Origin: Tortispora ganteri
Taxonomy: Eukaryota
Reading direction: 5' to 3'
Assembly (NCBI GenBank): GCA_003707115.1
Contig: PPNB01000002.1
Span: 186,001-250,000 of the forward strand
Length of the DNA: 64,000 bases
Shown here: positions 1-10,697 of the stretch, one piece after another
Layout: each line of letters begins with the position of its first letter
Position numbering within the stretch: the first letter of the stretch is position 1
Position numbers and translations under genes: made by a program
Notes under the pieces: model-generated
Database searches by the model: none
The model's input: only the letters and a program-made list of their open reading frames with translations
Told to the model about the DNA's origin: nothing

Positions 1-730
1 TCTGCAAGGAGTGGATAGAGACTAATCCGCTCGGAGAGGCTGCAGCGAAGTACTTGGAGGAAGGGGAGGCATGCATGGAGCAGACAGTAGATTGTTGGAG
101 TGGATGTTTTTTAGCCGCGTAAGCGTCAATAATATACAAAGAGCCAGAAGCAAATACAGCAATATCAATTGAGCTGGATGATGATCGCCTGATGCACCAG
201 GAAGAAATTTCTGGGTTCTGTATGTTTAAAGAGAGGATGCGAGGTACTGGATCGGAAAGTTTAGGGACAGATACAAATGTGTTGTCAATAAGACGAGCGA
301 TGAGTCCTTTTGAAGTAAATTGGACATCTATTACGCCAATTGCTGAAGCCTCAGGTCCTAGCGAGGATTCGGAGAAGTTGCCAAAGACGTCTCTGTAAAA
401 ACGAATGTCGCCTGTAGCAGAGACGAGAGTGAGAGATTCGTCATCAGTCCAACCCACGCCACGAAGTATAGTATGAGGCCATGTAATTGTGCTAATTAAA
501 GAGCCAGAATTAGAGAAAATTCGAACACTCATTGCCGTTTGGTAGGCTTGCTGAATCGAGTATGAATGAGTGCCGGTAAGTTTACGACACACGGCAATGG
601 AACCTCCATTTGGCGCAGCTACGACATGGCTATGAGCTATTTCAACATTAGTCCATTCTAAAGAGTATGCTTGATGTCTCGAGTAGTATTCTTTTCCTAA
701 TTTTGTCCATTCCTTTGATGGAGATTTCAT
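1..730 (-). CDS. VPS16: Vacuolar protein sorting 16 (HOPS/CORVET subunit), 5' part; runs off the window start
   Basis: Not in the ORF track. Manual translation from ATG at 730 gives MKSPSKEWTKLGKEYYSRHQAYSLEW...HVVAAPNGGSIAV...VRIFSNSGSLISTITW...GVGWTDDESL, the typical Vps16 N-terminal beta-propeller start. Confidence 0.85.
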   Translation of the reverse strand, partial: MKSPSKEWTKLGKEYYSRHQAYSLEWTNVEIAHSHVVAAPNGGSIAVCRKLTGTHSYSIQQAYQTAMSVRIFSNSGSLISTITWPHTILRGVGWTDDESLTLVSATGDIRFYRDVFGNFSESSLGPEASAIGVIDVQFTSKGLIARLIDNTFVSVPKLSDPVPRILSLNIQNPEISSWCIRRSSSSSIDIAVFASGSLYIIDAYAAKKHPLQQSTVCSMHASPSSKYFAAASPSGLVSIHSLQ

Positions 731-828
731 GTTGATCGAGTGTCTAAAGGATTTAAAAGTGATTGTTTAAGTGGAAGGCATTAAAGCGCTGCCTCTCCCA
801 CTTTCAACAACCCTGTATCAGACAAGTT

Positions 829-1836
829 ATGCAATTCAATGATGCTATTGATAAAGTGTCAGAACTTGGGTTTGATGTCAACTTATTTCTGGCATTTGCT
901 ATAGCAATTTCTGGTCGTGGAAATTTGCTTGTAACTGTGTCAGAGACCAAAATCGAACAAATATCTCAGGAACTAGACCGTTTCGCCTATATAATCAAAT
1001 GCGCGTCTACTGTTGTTAATGTTTCTAAAAACCCTACAGCTGAGAGATTTATACAAATCATAAAATCATTAAACACTAAAATGAACCATGTTATTATTCT
1101 AAAGAAATTGGATCAAGGAAGCGCTGCACTGCAGGCTACAGTCGCTGATCTGATTCAAACCAAATCAATCAAATGGCAGAACAATCTCGTGCCTCTCCCA
1201 TCGCGTGTGTGCATCGTGACATTATGCCTACCCGGGTTTGTTTGGCTGCGATCTCTAAATGACCTTTTCTTCATTGGCCACGATATACCAGACGACGAAT
1301 GCGATTCTGATGATAATGAAGACTGCAATAGCAACTACAGCAATACTAATTCATCTACTGACCTCACAGGTTCCTCAACTACTACCGTGAAACTAGTAAG
1401 ACCGTCTACTCGCAGGCCGACAAGATCAAAAAGTTCTTTAATACAGATAGATATATCTGTCATAGATAAGCTGCATAGTGCCGCTAAGGAAGTTACTATA
1501 GCTGCTGACCTGAAGCGGTATATGCAAGATCTCATAGTATTCTTGCGTCTCCACAGAGCAGTCTTACCTAGAGGCGTTTCAATGAGAGCTTCTAGAGACT
1601 TCGACAAACTAACCCGTATGTTGTGTTTGATACATAACATAAATTACGCTACTCCAGCTATAGTGGCAATTGCATTCAGAAAGGTATACACACACCGCAT
1701 GATACTCGCATCCGCAAACACTGATCGTTCCATAATGTGGGGCACCGACGTCGAAGCAACACGCGCATGGCTATCCCTATGGACCTCCGAAATGGTCATA
1801 GAAGACACTATAAATACAGTCATGTCACCGCTCTAA
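829..1836 (+). CDS. MTC2: Mtc2-like protein with degenerate AAA+/magnesium-chelatase-type lid domain
   Basis: The ORF track starts at TTG 763; the first ATG is at 829. The C-terminal LKRYMQDLIVFLRLHRAV..GVS.RA..DF..L...YATPAIVAIAFRKVYTHR..DRSIMWG motif matches fungal Mtc2-family proteins. Confidence 0.7.
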   Translation: MQFNDAIDKVSELGFDVNLFLAFAIAISGRGNLLVTVSETKIEQISQELDRFAYIIKCASTVVNVSKNPTAERFIQIIKSLNTKMNHVIILKKLDQGSAALQATVADLIQTKSIKWQNNLVPLPSRVCIVTLCLPGFVWLRSLNDLFFIGHDIPDDECDSDDNEDCNSNYSNTNSSTDLTGSSTTTVKLVRPSTRRPTRSKSSLIQIDISVIDKLHSAAKEVTIAADLKRYMQDLIVFLRLHRAVLPRGVSMRASRDFDKLTRMLCLIHNINYATPAIVAIAFRKVYTHRMILASANTDRSIMWGTDVEATRAWLSLWTSEMVIEDTINTVMSPL

Positions 1837-2375
1837 AGATTCGCTAGCAATTTCTTCGATCGGTCAACTGCGATTTCACACATTGCATCAATAGCTTCCA
1901 GCTTTTCAAGATCAATCCGTCCGCGATCGATCCTTTTTCGCATATTCTTCATAATTTCCTCCCTACTTCGGCCGTTCACAAACACCACATATATCATTCC
2001 AGGAAACGTTCGCTCGTATTCAGCATTCAATTCTGCTAATTTCTCTTGCTCCTCCTTCGCAGCCGCCTGCAACGACGCTTGTTCCTGCTGAGATTGAGCA
2101 CTTTCTACTTTCTTCGCACCAAGTCTCGGGTGAGCCCCTAATATCGCCAACAGCTTCTTTTGTTCCTCTATGCTCTCTGAGCTATTCATACTTCGAAGAA
2201 GTCTTCCGACGTACTGTGCAATCTCCTCATAACTTTTGAAATTGATCTCGGTCTTCTCCAGATCACTGCGCACCTTATCAGCGAGTACTTGCGATGGTTC
2301 AAACAGCTTGTCCAGCACACTTTTCTGCTCCACAGCATCAAGACTTTTAAATTGACTAGGGCTAGGCAAATTCAT
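1833..2375 (-). CDS. OHCU decarboxylase (urate degradation)
   Basis: Motifs LFEPS, AHPRLG, S..EQ, LNAEYE..FPG..YVVFVNGR and IA.DR. Likely ATG at 2375 (MNLPSP). The C-terminus ends -ANL. Confidence 0.88.
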   Translation of the reverse strand: MNLPSPSQFKSLDAVEQKSVLDKLFEPSQVLADKVRSDLEKTEINFKSYEEIAQYVGRLLRSMNSSESIEEQKKLLAILGAHPRLGAKKVESAQSQQEQASLQAAAKEEQEKLAELNAEYERTFPGMIYVVFVNGRSREEIMKNMRKRIDRGRIDLEKLEAIDAMCEIAVDRSKKLLANL

Positions 2376-2813
2376 TTCAACAAATATATATATAGGCCTT
2401 TTTAAGAGTCTCTTGCACTCTAAGGTCCTTCTGTATCGCACGAAGTTTAGCCGGGTATCAACCATTTTACATAGCAACCAGCATCACTAGTACTTAACTC
2501 TAATGGACATCCATGCCGAGCCCCAGACTTTTCTCCGCCATAGCTCGCTATATTTGCAATAGCACTTTTTCTACTAGTTTCATACGCCGAATCTCTCATT
2601 TTTTTTGGTGATTATAGAGTAAATTACTGAAAATAACGCGTTGAAGTGCTAGAACAACTAAGGTCTGCAACGTATTAATTGGATTTATACCTTGTGGTTG
2701 AATTGACCTAAGGCTAAAGCTAGATTAGCATTGAGCGGTTTCTTGCGTTATTTTGATTCTAGGTTACTGTGATTTATCATTTTCGACAACTGTATATAGA
2801 ATAATCAGCCAAT

Positions 2814-3860
2814 ATGTTCTCGAAAGCTGGATCGCCATTTAAGCTGGCAACAAACACAGATCATGCGATTGACCGAAGTGCGCCGGAGCCCGTAGCGGCT
2901 CAGAAGGCGGAAGAGGACCGATATTTCTCTGAGCATAAATCCCCCGAATATCTTGACTCAATGGAGATTGAAGTCAAAGAATTTATGGAACTGCATAGAA
3001 AGGAGCATCGCAAAATTGCAGTTATCACATCTGGTGGCACAACTGTTCCCCTGGAGAATCAGACCGTGCGTTTTATTGATAATTTCTCTAATGGTACACG
3101 CGGTGCAACATCTGCCGAGTACTTTTTAGAGGCAGGATATGCCGTGATATTTCTTCACCGACAATTCAGCTTACTACCGTATTCGCGACATTATTCGCAC
3201 ACTACCAATTGCTTCTTGGACTACATGAAGGTTAACGACGACGGTGCAGTTGAGATTAATGACCACTTCAAAAGTGGCATGGCTACTTTATTGGAGAAGT
3301 ATAGGACCGCTAAAGACTCTCAACTACTGCTGATGCTTCCGTTCACAACTGTGAACCAATATTTGTTCTCGTTAAAGATGATTGCAACCGTATTGAAACC
3401 TTTAGAGAGCAACGTAGTTTTCTACTTGGCGGCTGCGGTATCTGATTTCTTTGTTCCTCAGAGTCGCATTTCAGAGCACAAGATTCAGTCTCAAGGAAAT
3501 AAACTGATGATAGATCTTGACCCAGTACCTAAATTCCTTCGAAGATTAGTGGACGATTGGGCGCCTGGTGCCATGATTGTATCATTCAAGCTCGAGACGG
3601 ACCCCGCTATTTTGATCGACAAAGCTAAACAAGCATTGCATCGGTACAAGCATCAACTGGTTATTGGAAATCTGCTTACTACGCGAAAGACTGAAGTTGT
3701 TTTTGTATCACCTGATTCAGTTGAATGGATCAAGTTGTCAAAAGAGGAAATTAATGAGGGTGTCGAGATCGAGAGCAAGTTCATACCTTTAGTGGTGGGC
3801 ATGCACAAGCATTGGATAGAATTGCACTCTTCATGCCAAAACCAGCAGCACAGCACTTAA
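2814..3860 (+). CDS. CAB2: Phosphopantothenate--cysteine ligase (PPCS, CoA biosynthesis)
   Basis: Motifs ITSGGTTVPLE..TVRFIDNFS.GTRGATSAEYFL, YLAAAVSDFF and SFKLETD. Confidence 0.95.
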   Translation: MFSKAGSPFKLATNTDHAIDRSAPEPVAAQKAEEDRYFSEHKSPEYLDSMEIEVKEFMELHRKEHRKIAVITSGGTTVPLENQTVRFIDNFSNGTRGATSAEYFLEAGYAVIFLHRQFSLLPYSRHYSHTTNCFLDYMKVNDDGAVEINDHFKSGMATLLEKYRTAKDSQLLLMLPFTTVNQYLFSLKMIATVLKPLESNVVFYLAAAVSDFFVPQSRISEHKIQSQGNKLMIDLDPVPKFLRRLVDDWAPGAMIVSFKLETDPAILIDKAKQALHRYKHQLVIGNLLTTRKTEVVFVSPDSVEWIKLSKEEINEGVEIESKFIPLVVGMHKHWIELHSSCQNQQHST

Positions 3861-4283
3861 GCAGCTAGAAATTTGCCTCATTCATGTTAGAACTGATATG
3901 GCACCTTTTTTTTTTCAGCGGTTATTTATGGAGCAATTATCAATCTAGATAACGCAGTAGCTATGGCTCACGCAAGTTTCGAGGCAGTATCAAATAAGGT
4001 TTCAGGTACCGCCTTTATACACCCCAAGCCCCCTGAAGCAATGCACCCGCCGCGCCTTTGCAGAAAGACCAAGATAGCAGCTCTTTTAAGGTAAAAAGTT
4101 ACATAGCATCTCTAGCTGCAATATAAGCTACAGTAAATGCTAGCGTAGAGGGGAATTGATCTGATCTCAAGTTAATTATCGAATTTTTCTTCTAGTGGGC
4201 ATCGATTTTGCAAGGGCATCTGACATTAAGCTCGTTAGTATTTCCCCTCATTGCATTCTGCGATCCGATCACGTGGGATCGCA

Positions 4284-6785
4284 ATGGTTTCGCTGCTTAG
4301 CACAATTGCATCGCTGAGAGGAAATGGTATACCGGAGATATCATTTCCAGATTTGAACCACACTGGTAACGTGCAGTCTGATTCTTCGAGCGCTCTTTCT
4401 ACTGATTCAGATACCAATGTCTCTGAGGAACTCGTAGATAATGATGCAAGCTCAGGGTCTAGTAGCTTCAAGGGCCCTTCATCTAGTATTTTCAGTCGTA
4501 TTTCCTTTACACCTCTCTCTCAGCGAAACCAGTTAAGTACAGAGCCGTCGAAATCGAGGAAAAGCAGTGAAATCTCAACTGCTTCGGCAAAGCAAAATTC
4601 CGCCTCCTCCGTGAGAAGACATTTTCGCCACAGGTCAAAATCACACCGTAAAGGCCTCCTAAAGTTCTTCTCCAAAAAGTATACGGACGACGCTTATATG
4701 CCTGGCGAAGACGATGCACGCGGCGAAGGTGTCGACACTGAACCTTTTGTCGGCGTGCACCTGTCCGGCAAGCTTAAATACATACGAGTACGATCAAAGG
4801 GCAAGTCAGAAAAAGAGTTTGGTCATCTTTTCGTCGCTCAGAGGCTATTTGCTGGAGACCCGAACGCTACATCCAATGAGACTGATCAGTCAAAGGAAAA
4901 CTACTCCATATGGGCTCTGGAATTCTCAGTAGATGGTCGCTATATGGCATGTGCTGGTCGCGACAAGAATATATACTTATGGAAAGTCATCAGTGACCCT
5001 ACTGAGCGCACAATTAGCGACTCACAATCAGATAGTACTGATGAGACTACGCAGCGAAAATCAGCTCGTAAGAGTAAATTGAATGCACCTGTCTTCTTAG
5101 ACCGCCCTGCTGCCATACTCAAAGGACATACTTCTGACGTCCTCGACCTATGTTGGAGCAAAAATAACTTTCTATTGTCTACTTCAATGGATAACACTGC
5201 TAAGTTATGGCATCCTTCTATTCCAACTTGTCTTGCTACATTTCCACATGATGATTACGTCACCTCTGTCGCGTTCCACCCCACAGATGACAGATTTTTC
5301 TTAACTGGATCTCTAGACAGAAAACTCAGGTTGTGGAATATATCTGGAAAAAAGGTATTGCATTATGCAGAACTGTCTGATCTCATAACCGCAGTCACAT
5401 TTTCTCCAGATGGCCTCACTTCTGTCGCTGGTTGCTTGCATGGTCAATGTCTGTTCTATCGAACGGACGGTCTCGAATACCACACGGAAATTTTGGTCGG
5501 AAAAGGTAATACGCCTAATTCTGGCTCTAAAATTACAGGACTGACGATGATCACTTCGAATCCCGAACGCTCCCAGATCCCTTGTGTCAAGTTACTTGTA
5601 ACTACCAATGACTCTCAAATCAGACTATATGACGCTTCTGCGCAATTTGACTCGGGCAAACATGGGCCAATGGTTGCACGTTATAAAGGGCTAGAGAATT
5701 ACTCTAGCCAAATTCACGCCAGCTTCTCAGACGATGGCAGATATATCATATGTGGAAGTGAAGACGAGAGAGTTTATATATGGGATACGGCGTTGCCTCA
5801 TTTCCAAAAGATGCGAAAGAAAGAAAACAAAGAATCTCCAGCCTATAACTGCTACGAATACTTTCACGCATCCAGATCAGTTGTAACTGTTGCACGGTTT
5901 GCTAAGACAGCTACAAGGCAACATGTGGCTATATCGGGGGATCCTATATTCGCTCCCATGGATCCTCAATCTGTCAGGCTAGAAGACAGCGGAAATGGAA
6001 TGGTTTCTGGCATGGCGGAAATACCTTCCGCGGATTTGAATCATCCTGAATTGCCTTACCCTAGTCGCCCAGCATTTTCGAACGGACCTATCATAGTGAC
6101 TGCTGACAGCACAGGGACTATAACAGTTTTTCGAGAAGACTGCTCTCGACATATTAGAGAAACAACAGACAAGATGCACAGCTACCAGCATAATCATCTT
6201 CAAACTGCTAGTAATCTCAAATCACTTAATAGTGATCGCCCTAAAAGTTTTACGTTTTCTACTAATTCTTCGACTCATACACTTGAGGATCATGCTGACA
6301 ACAAATTGAAACGAGCATTCGAGGGCTTAATGATTAAGCGAGTATTTTCCGCTAATAGCCGTGAAGTCTCGAGGTCTTCTTCCAGAGATCGAGCTAGCAG
6401 CTACCTTGGTTCTGTATCCAGAGATAGCTCGCCTAACTCGTACAAGGGTAGGCTGAAAGTGCGTACTCACAACCTAACACCACAAAACCCTGGGGTATTG
6501 GATGGCGTTAGTTTTAAATCGAGTCCAGGAAGAAGCCCTGTTGATCACCTAGAAGTGCCAATTTCAGAGTCACTATTCTCCAGAAACGAGCCGCGATCAT
6601 CCACAGCGCTATCGGATTCAGAATCCGAAGAGTTTGAGGACTCTTTCAATTTTGTTCCCGTTAACAGTAACCAAGGAGGATTGAATGGGGTCAAAGATGT
6701 ATCTATTGTTCTAATGCCGACGGAAGCCCACGAAGACGATTCAGAAAATGAAGATGAGAAGTTTCACGATCCAGAGACTAATTAG
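4284..6785 (+). CDS. WD40-repeat protein of the WDR44/Dgr2/Laf1 family
   Basis: WD repeats GHTSDVLDLCWSKNNFLLSTSMD.T.KLWH and H.DYVTSVAFHP.DDRFFLTGSLD.KLRLW, with Ser-rich termini. First ATG at 4284 (the track starts at TTG 4251). Confidence 0.85.
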   Translation: MVSLLSTIASLRGNGIPEISFPDLNHTGNVQSDSSSALSTDSDTNVSEELVDNDASSGSSSFKGPSSSIFSRISFTPLSQRNQLSTEPSKSRKSSEISTASAKQNSASSVRRHFRHRSKSHRKGLLKFFSKKYTDDAYMPGEDDARGEGVDTEPFVGVHLSGKLKYIRVRSKGKSEKEFGHLFVAQRLFAGDPNATSNETDQSKENYSIWALEFSVDGRYMACAGRDKNIYLWKVISDPTERTISDSQSDSTDETTQRKSARKSKLNAPVFLDRPAAILKGHTSDVLDLCWSKNNFLLSTSMDNTAKLWHPSIPTCLATFPHDDYVTSVAFHPTDDRFFLTGSLDRKLRLWNISGKKVLHYAELSDLITAVTFSPDGLTSVAGCLHGQCLFYRTDGLEYHTEILVGKGNTPNSGSKITGLTMITSNPERSQIPCVKLLVTTNDSQIRLYDASAQFDSGKHGPMVARYKGLENYSSQIHASFSDDGRYIICGSEDERVYIWDTALPHFQKMRKKENKESPAYNCYEYFHASRSVVTVARFAKTATRQHVAISGDPIFAPMDPQSVRLEDSGNGMVSGMAEIPSADLNHPELPYPSRPAFSNGPIIVTADSTGTITVFREDCSRHIRETTDKMHSYQHNHLQTASNLKSLNSDRPKSFTFSTNSSTHTLEDHADNKLKRAFEGLMIKRVFSANSREVSRSSSRDRASSYLGSVSRDSSPNSYKGRLKVRTHNLTPQNPGVLDGVSFKSSPGRSPVDHLEVPISESLFSRNEPRSSTALSDSESEEFEDSFNFVPVNSNQGGLNGVKDVSIVLMPTEAHEDDSENEDEKFHDPETN

Positions 6786-6939
6786 TCACCGAGGATCGAA
6801 TAAATATATGACATGGATATGTATGCTCACACTTGAATATGTGAATGAGTTAAGAATTATTTTTTCTTTTCCTGTTATCTTTGTTAGTGCGCCATTAATG
6901 TTATGAAGATAGATTCGTCGATTTTGATAACGTACATTT

Positions 6940-7920
6940 TTACACTGAATCAGGCAGCCATAAGGTAACACCAGTATCAGCAGTTGCAAATAGCATTTTT
7001 CGAGGATTAAACTCAACAATCGTAGGGGAATTTTGTGGATACTCCAAAGATGCGAAAGGATGAAGTAGAGATGCTGATGAAGCGTCATTCAGGTCCCACA
7101 GGTATACAGCATTATTGGCAGATCCTGAATATACGTATCGTCCGTCCGGTGTAAAACCTGAAAATCCAGATGTAGCAAACTTGTCTGTTGCAAAAGGCGT
7201 ATGACCTTCTAATAAAGCATCTATCGCACCGGAGAAAGCGTTAAGAACGTAATGGCGAGGGCCTTTGCAACCTAGCAGTAACGACTTCCCATCGTTCGAA
7301 AATTCTATGCGGCTTAGATCCATGGAAGTTCCACAGTTAGGTTTGAAAGTTGCAAAAGGGCTAGAGTCTATATTTCGAACATCGTATAGAGCGACTTGTT
7401 TATTATAGTCACAGGCTACCGCCAGAACATTCCCAGAAGGATCTACTCCAATGGACATAGGGGCCAAAATATCCAGCAAGGCATGACAATTAGGCGATCG
7501 AATATCCCATGCTCTGACGGTATGATCACGACCGGCTGAATACATCATATCTCCTACAGGTGCCATTTGAATGCTTGTTACAGCACGTTTATGACCACGG
7601 AAATAGCGAATGAATTGGTTATCGTGAAGACTCAGGTATCTGATAGTATCGTCTTCCTTTGTGGAGGCGTAGACACAATTGGTAGAAGAATGTGCAAATC
7701 TAACTAGAGTACATCCGTACTTTTTACTGTACAAAGACTTCGAGGAGGTCCCCTGCTGAACGTCATAGAGCTGCAGAGACTCGTCTGTACCCGAAGACAG
7801 AAGGTAGTTACCTGTATCGTCAAAGTCTAAGGAGGTTATGTGAGAGTGAGGCGCATGAAATCGGAGCGATCGGCTAGGTTTAAAGGAAGCCAAAAGGTCT
7901 CTCGAAAACGCTGCTTCCAT
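6940..7920 (-). CDS. SWD2: COMPASS/CPF WD40 subunit Swd2 (WDR82)
   Basis: Motifs SLDFDD.G, LYSKKYG and IRYLSLHDNQFIRYFRGH. First ATG at 7920. Confidence 0.93.
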   Translation of the reverse strand: MEAAFSRDLLASFKPSRSLRFHAPHSHITSLDFDDTGNYLLSSGTDESLQLYDVQQGTSSKSLYSKKYGCTLVRFAHSSTNCVYASTKEDDTIRYLSLHDNQFIRYFRGHKRAVTSIQMAPVGDMMYSAGRDHTVRAWDIRSPNCHALLDILAPMSIGVDPSGNVLAVACDYNKQVALYDVRNIDSSPFATFKPNCGTSMDLSRIEFSNDGKSLLLGCKGPRHYVLNAFSGAIDALLEGHTPFATDKFATSGFSGFTPDGRYVYSGSANNAVYLWDLNDASSASLLHPFASLEYPQNSPTIVEFNPRKMLFATADTGVTLWLPDSV

Positions 7921-8581
7921 TTCAAGCAATGGCAACACAGGAACGCTATGAGAGTTTATACAAGTTAACGTGGTTCGGTTGCAACACTCTCAGTATGAGT
8001 GATGGGGGTTACGTATAAGGGTAACGATTTTTAACCCTAATTTGTGTCACCATTGCAATTTAAATGTTACACACCTTGGCCTTAGTTAGCTACGCCGCCG
8101 ATTGTCGAGATTAGCACGTTTTCTATACTCGAATTAGACTTGACCCTGAAAGCGATGATACAGTTGACTTTCATATAGCCGAGTCCTATAAGAGGGGAAA
8201 AAAGCCCTGAATACTTTGCTGCATATTCAGGTCACGTCAAGGCTACGAAGATCGACTATTAGGCAACCCTAAACTCTTGTAGTAGGTACTCGCGGAAAGC
8301 GTGGCATCGCACCCCCACCTTCAAATTTCTTTTCTCCCCCGCACCGTCGATTCCTCAACTTGCACAATAGAAAGACCGCAATTAGTACCAGTTGAGCGTC
8401 TTTATTTGTCAGATAGTGGCCGTTCAACTTCAAGTGAGGATTGCGGTGTAAGAGAGCACGTGTACGCGCAAATAAAGCCTTCCTTCTTTTCGCCGAAACC
8501 CTAGCATAAATTCATAGCGGCTTATTTCAGTCATCGCGCAATCTTTTTATTCTGAATATTATTCTCACAGAACAACAAAAA

Positions 8582-9550
8582 ATGAGTGAAGCGAAAACAA
8601 TTGCTACTATCGTATCTGATTCGGAGCCTGTGCCTACTCAAAAAAAACAGATAAGCACACTCGGCGGCTTCATTGGCGGAGCAATCGCAGCTTGTGGGGC
8701 AGTAACCGTGACTAATCCCGTCGAGATGGTGAAGACGCGTATGCAGCTGCAGGGAGAGCTGTCAGGCAGCAATGCAAAGAAAGTATACACCGGACTGTTC
8801 CAAGCTCTGCATATTATATACAAAAATGAGGGTATTCGCGGTTGGCAGAGAGGTCTTACAGCAGCCTATATTTACCAGATCGGCCTCAACGGATCTCGCT
8901 TAGGATTCTATGAACCTATACGGCAGGGCACGTCATCTGCAATTTACGGTGATAAAGAAATTAGAATGTGGACCAGTGTTTTTGCAGGTGCGGCTTCAGG
9001 AATAATAGGTGCCATAATGGGCTCACCATTCTACCTGATCAAGACCCGTATGCAGTCGTACTCGCCTACTTTACCAGTTGGCCAGCAAACCTACTACAAA
9101 TCCGTCCTGCATGGCCTGGTTTCTGTTTATAAGACTGAAGGAATCCGTGGTCTATACCGTGGCGTCGATGCCGCCATATTTAGAACTGGATCTGGCTCAT
9201 CTGTGCAGCTACCAATATACAACTACGTCAAGACAATGTTACTGGAACATAACATTGTCCAAGAAGGTCCCACTCTGCATTTGCTTTCTAGTACTGCATC
9301 TGGGCTTGGTGTATGTGTGGTGATGAATCCAGGTGATGTGCTACTTACCAGAATGTACAATCAGCACGGTAAGAGTCTCTATAAAAACCCCGTGGACTGT
9401 CTCATTAAAACTGTCCGGTCAGAGGGAATTACGGCATTATACAAAGGATTCTTTGCTCATCTAATGAGAATAGGTCCTCACACTATCTTAACACTCACTT
9501 TGATGGAGCAGACAATGAAGTGGGTTGCTCGATTTGAAGGTGTAGCATAA
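8582..9550 (+). CDS. OAC1: Mitochondrial oxaloacetate/sulfate carrier
   Basis: Three carrier repeats with AACGAVT.TNP.E..KTRMQLQGEL, YQIGLNG.RLGFYEP and RIGPHT.LTL. Confidence 0.93.
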   Translation: MSEAKTIATIVSDSEPVPTQKKQISTLGGFIGGAIAACGAVTVTNPVEMVKTRMQLQGELSGSNAKKVYTGLFQALHIIYKNEGIRGWQRGLTAAYIYQIGLNGSRLGFYEPIRQGTSSAIYGDKEIRMWTSVFAGAASGIIGAIMGSPFYLIKTRMQSYSPTLPVGQQTYYKSVLHGLVSVYKTEGIRGLYRGVDAAIFRTGSGSSVQLPIYNYVKTMLLEHNIVQEGPTLHLLSSTASGLGVCVVMNPGDVLLTRMYNQHGKSLYKNPVDCLIKTVRSEGITALYKGFFAHLMRIGPHTILTLTLMEQTMKWVARFEGVA

Positions 9551-9689
9551 AGCTACGGTGATTTAATGACCTATTCATCTAATTATGAGCAAGTAAAATA
9601 GAAAAAAAAGATACAAATATCAAAGAAACAAGAGATTAGTACCCAGTTTTTTTTTTCCGCCCCGGTATACAGTAAAGGAAGTGGGCATT

Positions 9690-10697
9690 TTAATAAGTGT
9701 ACGTCGCATCGAGTCTCTTTCTAAGATGCTCGCCAGCGGTGAGGATTTTTTCGCCTTTGGCGTTGGCGCCTCTGCCTTCGCGTTTTTGAACTAGTTCACT
9801 TGGAATGGGGCTTAGCGGCGTATTGTCGTTAGGGTGCCCGAAAAATGCAATAGAGTAGCGCTCTCCGCATGGCTTGTCAACAGGAAAACGCACACGGTGA
9901 ATAGTAGAGCGGAGAAGTCCGGCAGTCCAGTAAGAGAGTTGGTCGGCGATGTTCACCAGTACTGGCGCACAGTCATCATTCAGACCACCGGGAGCGTCTT
10001 CGACAGGCACAAGTTCCCATTTCTTAGAAATTGGGCTGTGAATTTCTAGACCAGAGACATCACCAGGTCTCTGGAAGAGTAGAGTGACAGAACCGTAATC
10101 AGTATGGGCTCCAGCTCTGATTCCTCGGTCAGGTTTTCCGAGGTCGTCCTCAGAGATGCCCGGATAATGAAGGAGTCTGAGTATAGAGCCAGAGAGTTTA
10201 TCAGGGTCATGACGTTCTACAAAGTAGTTGTCGCCGCCGGCTTCTTTATCGATTTTGAGAGACATTCCTAGAAGTAGCAGTACCTTTCGCATGAGATCAT
10301 AGCATTTTTGCTGAAACATAAAAATATCTGCGTAATAATCCTCAGCAATTTTAGGCATGTCCTGCTCTGCAGTGTACGTGTCGTCCGCTTGCTTGGTTAT
10401 TGCGCCGATGTTCCATGCTTCCTTTGGATCACCTGTCTTCGAGACATCAGGATCGAGGTTTTCCATAAACATCTTAGAATAGCCTCGGTTAGAAGGAGTT
10501 ATCTTGTACTGGGATTTTACTTCATCGGGCAAGGAAAACAGAGCGCGAGAGGCATCAAATGCCTTATTGACATCCAGCTGAGTAAGGCCGGTGCCGCTCA
10601 GGTATATAAACCCTTGTGTATGTGCGGCTTTCAGCAATTTCTCTGCTGTGTCTTGGTTAATTTCAGATATGTTGACAATGGTAATTGGCGAACCCAT
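9690..10697 (-). CDS. 2-oxoglutarate/Fe(II)-dependent dioxygenase (DIOX_N / IPNS-like superfamily)
   Basis: Facial triad H-x-D (GAHTDYGSVTLLFQ) and H (STIHRV), the RxS motif (RYSIAFF), and N-terminal NRGY / GDPKEA motifs. Confidence 0.9.
   Translation of the reverse strand: MGSPITIVNISEINQDTAEKLLKAAHTQGFIYLSGTGLTQLDVNKAFDASRALFSLPDEVKSQYKITPSNRGYSKMFMENLDPDVSKTGDPKEAWNIGAITKQADDTYTAEQDMPKIAEDYYADIFMFQQKCYDLMRKVLLLLGMSLKIDKEAGGDNYFVERHDPDKLSGSILRLLHYPGISEDDLGKPDRGIRAGAHTDYGSVTLLFQRPGDVSGLEIHSPISKKWELVPVEDAPGGLNDDCAPVLVNIADQLSYWTAGLLRSTIHRVRFPVDKPCGERYSIAFFGHPNDNTPLSPIPSELVQKREGRGANAKGEKILTAGEHLRKRLDATYTY

Noticed and set aside
3963..4094. 43-codon ATG ORF between CAB2 and the WD40 gene
   Set aside because: No recognisable motif, and the length is within chance expectation.
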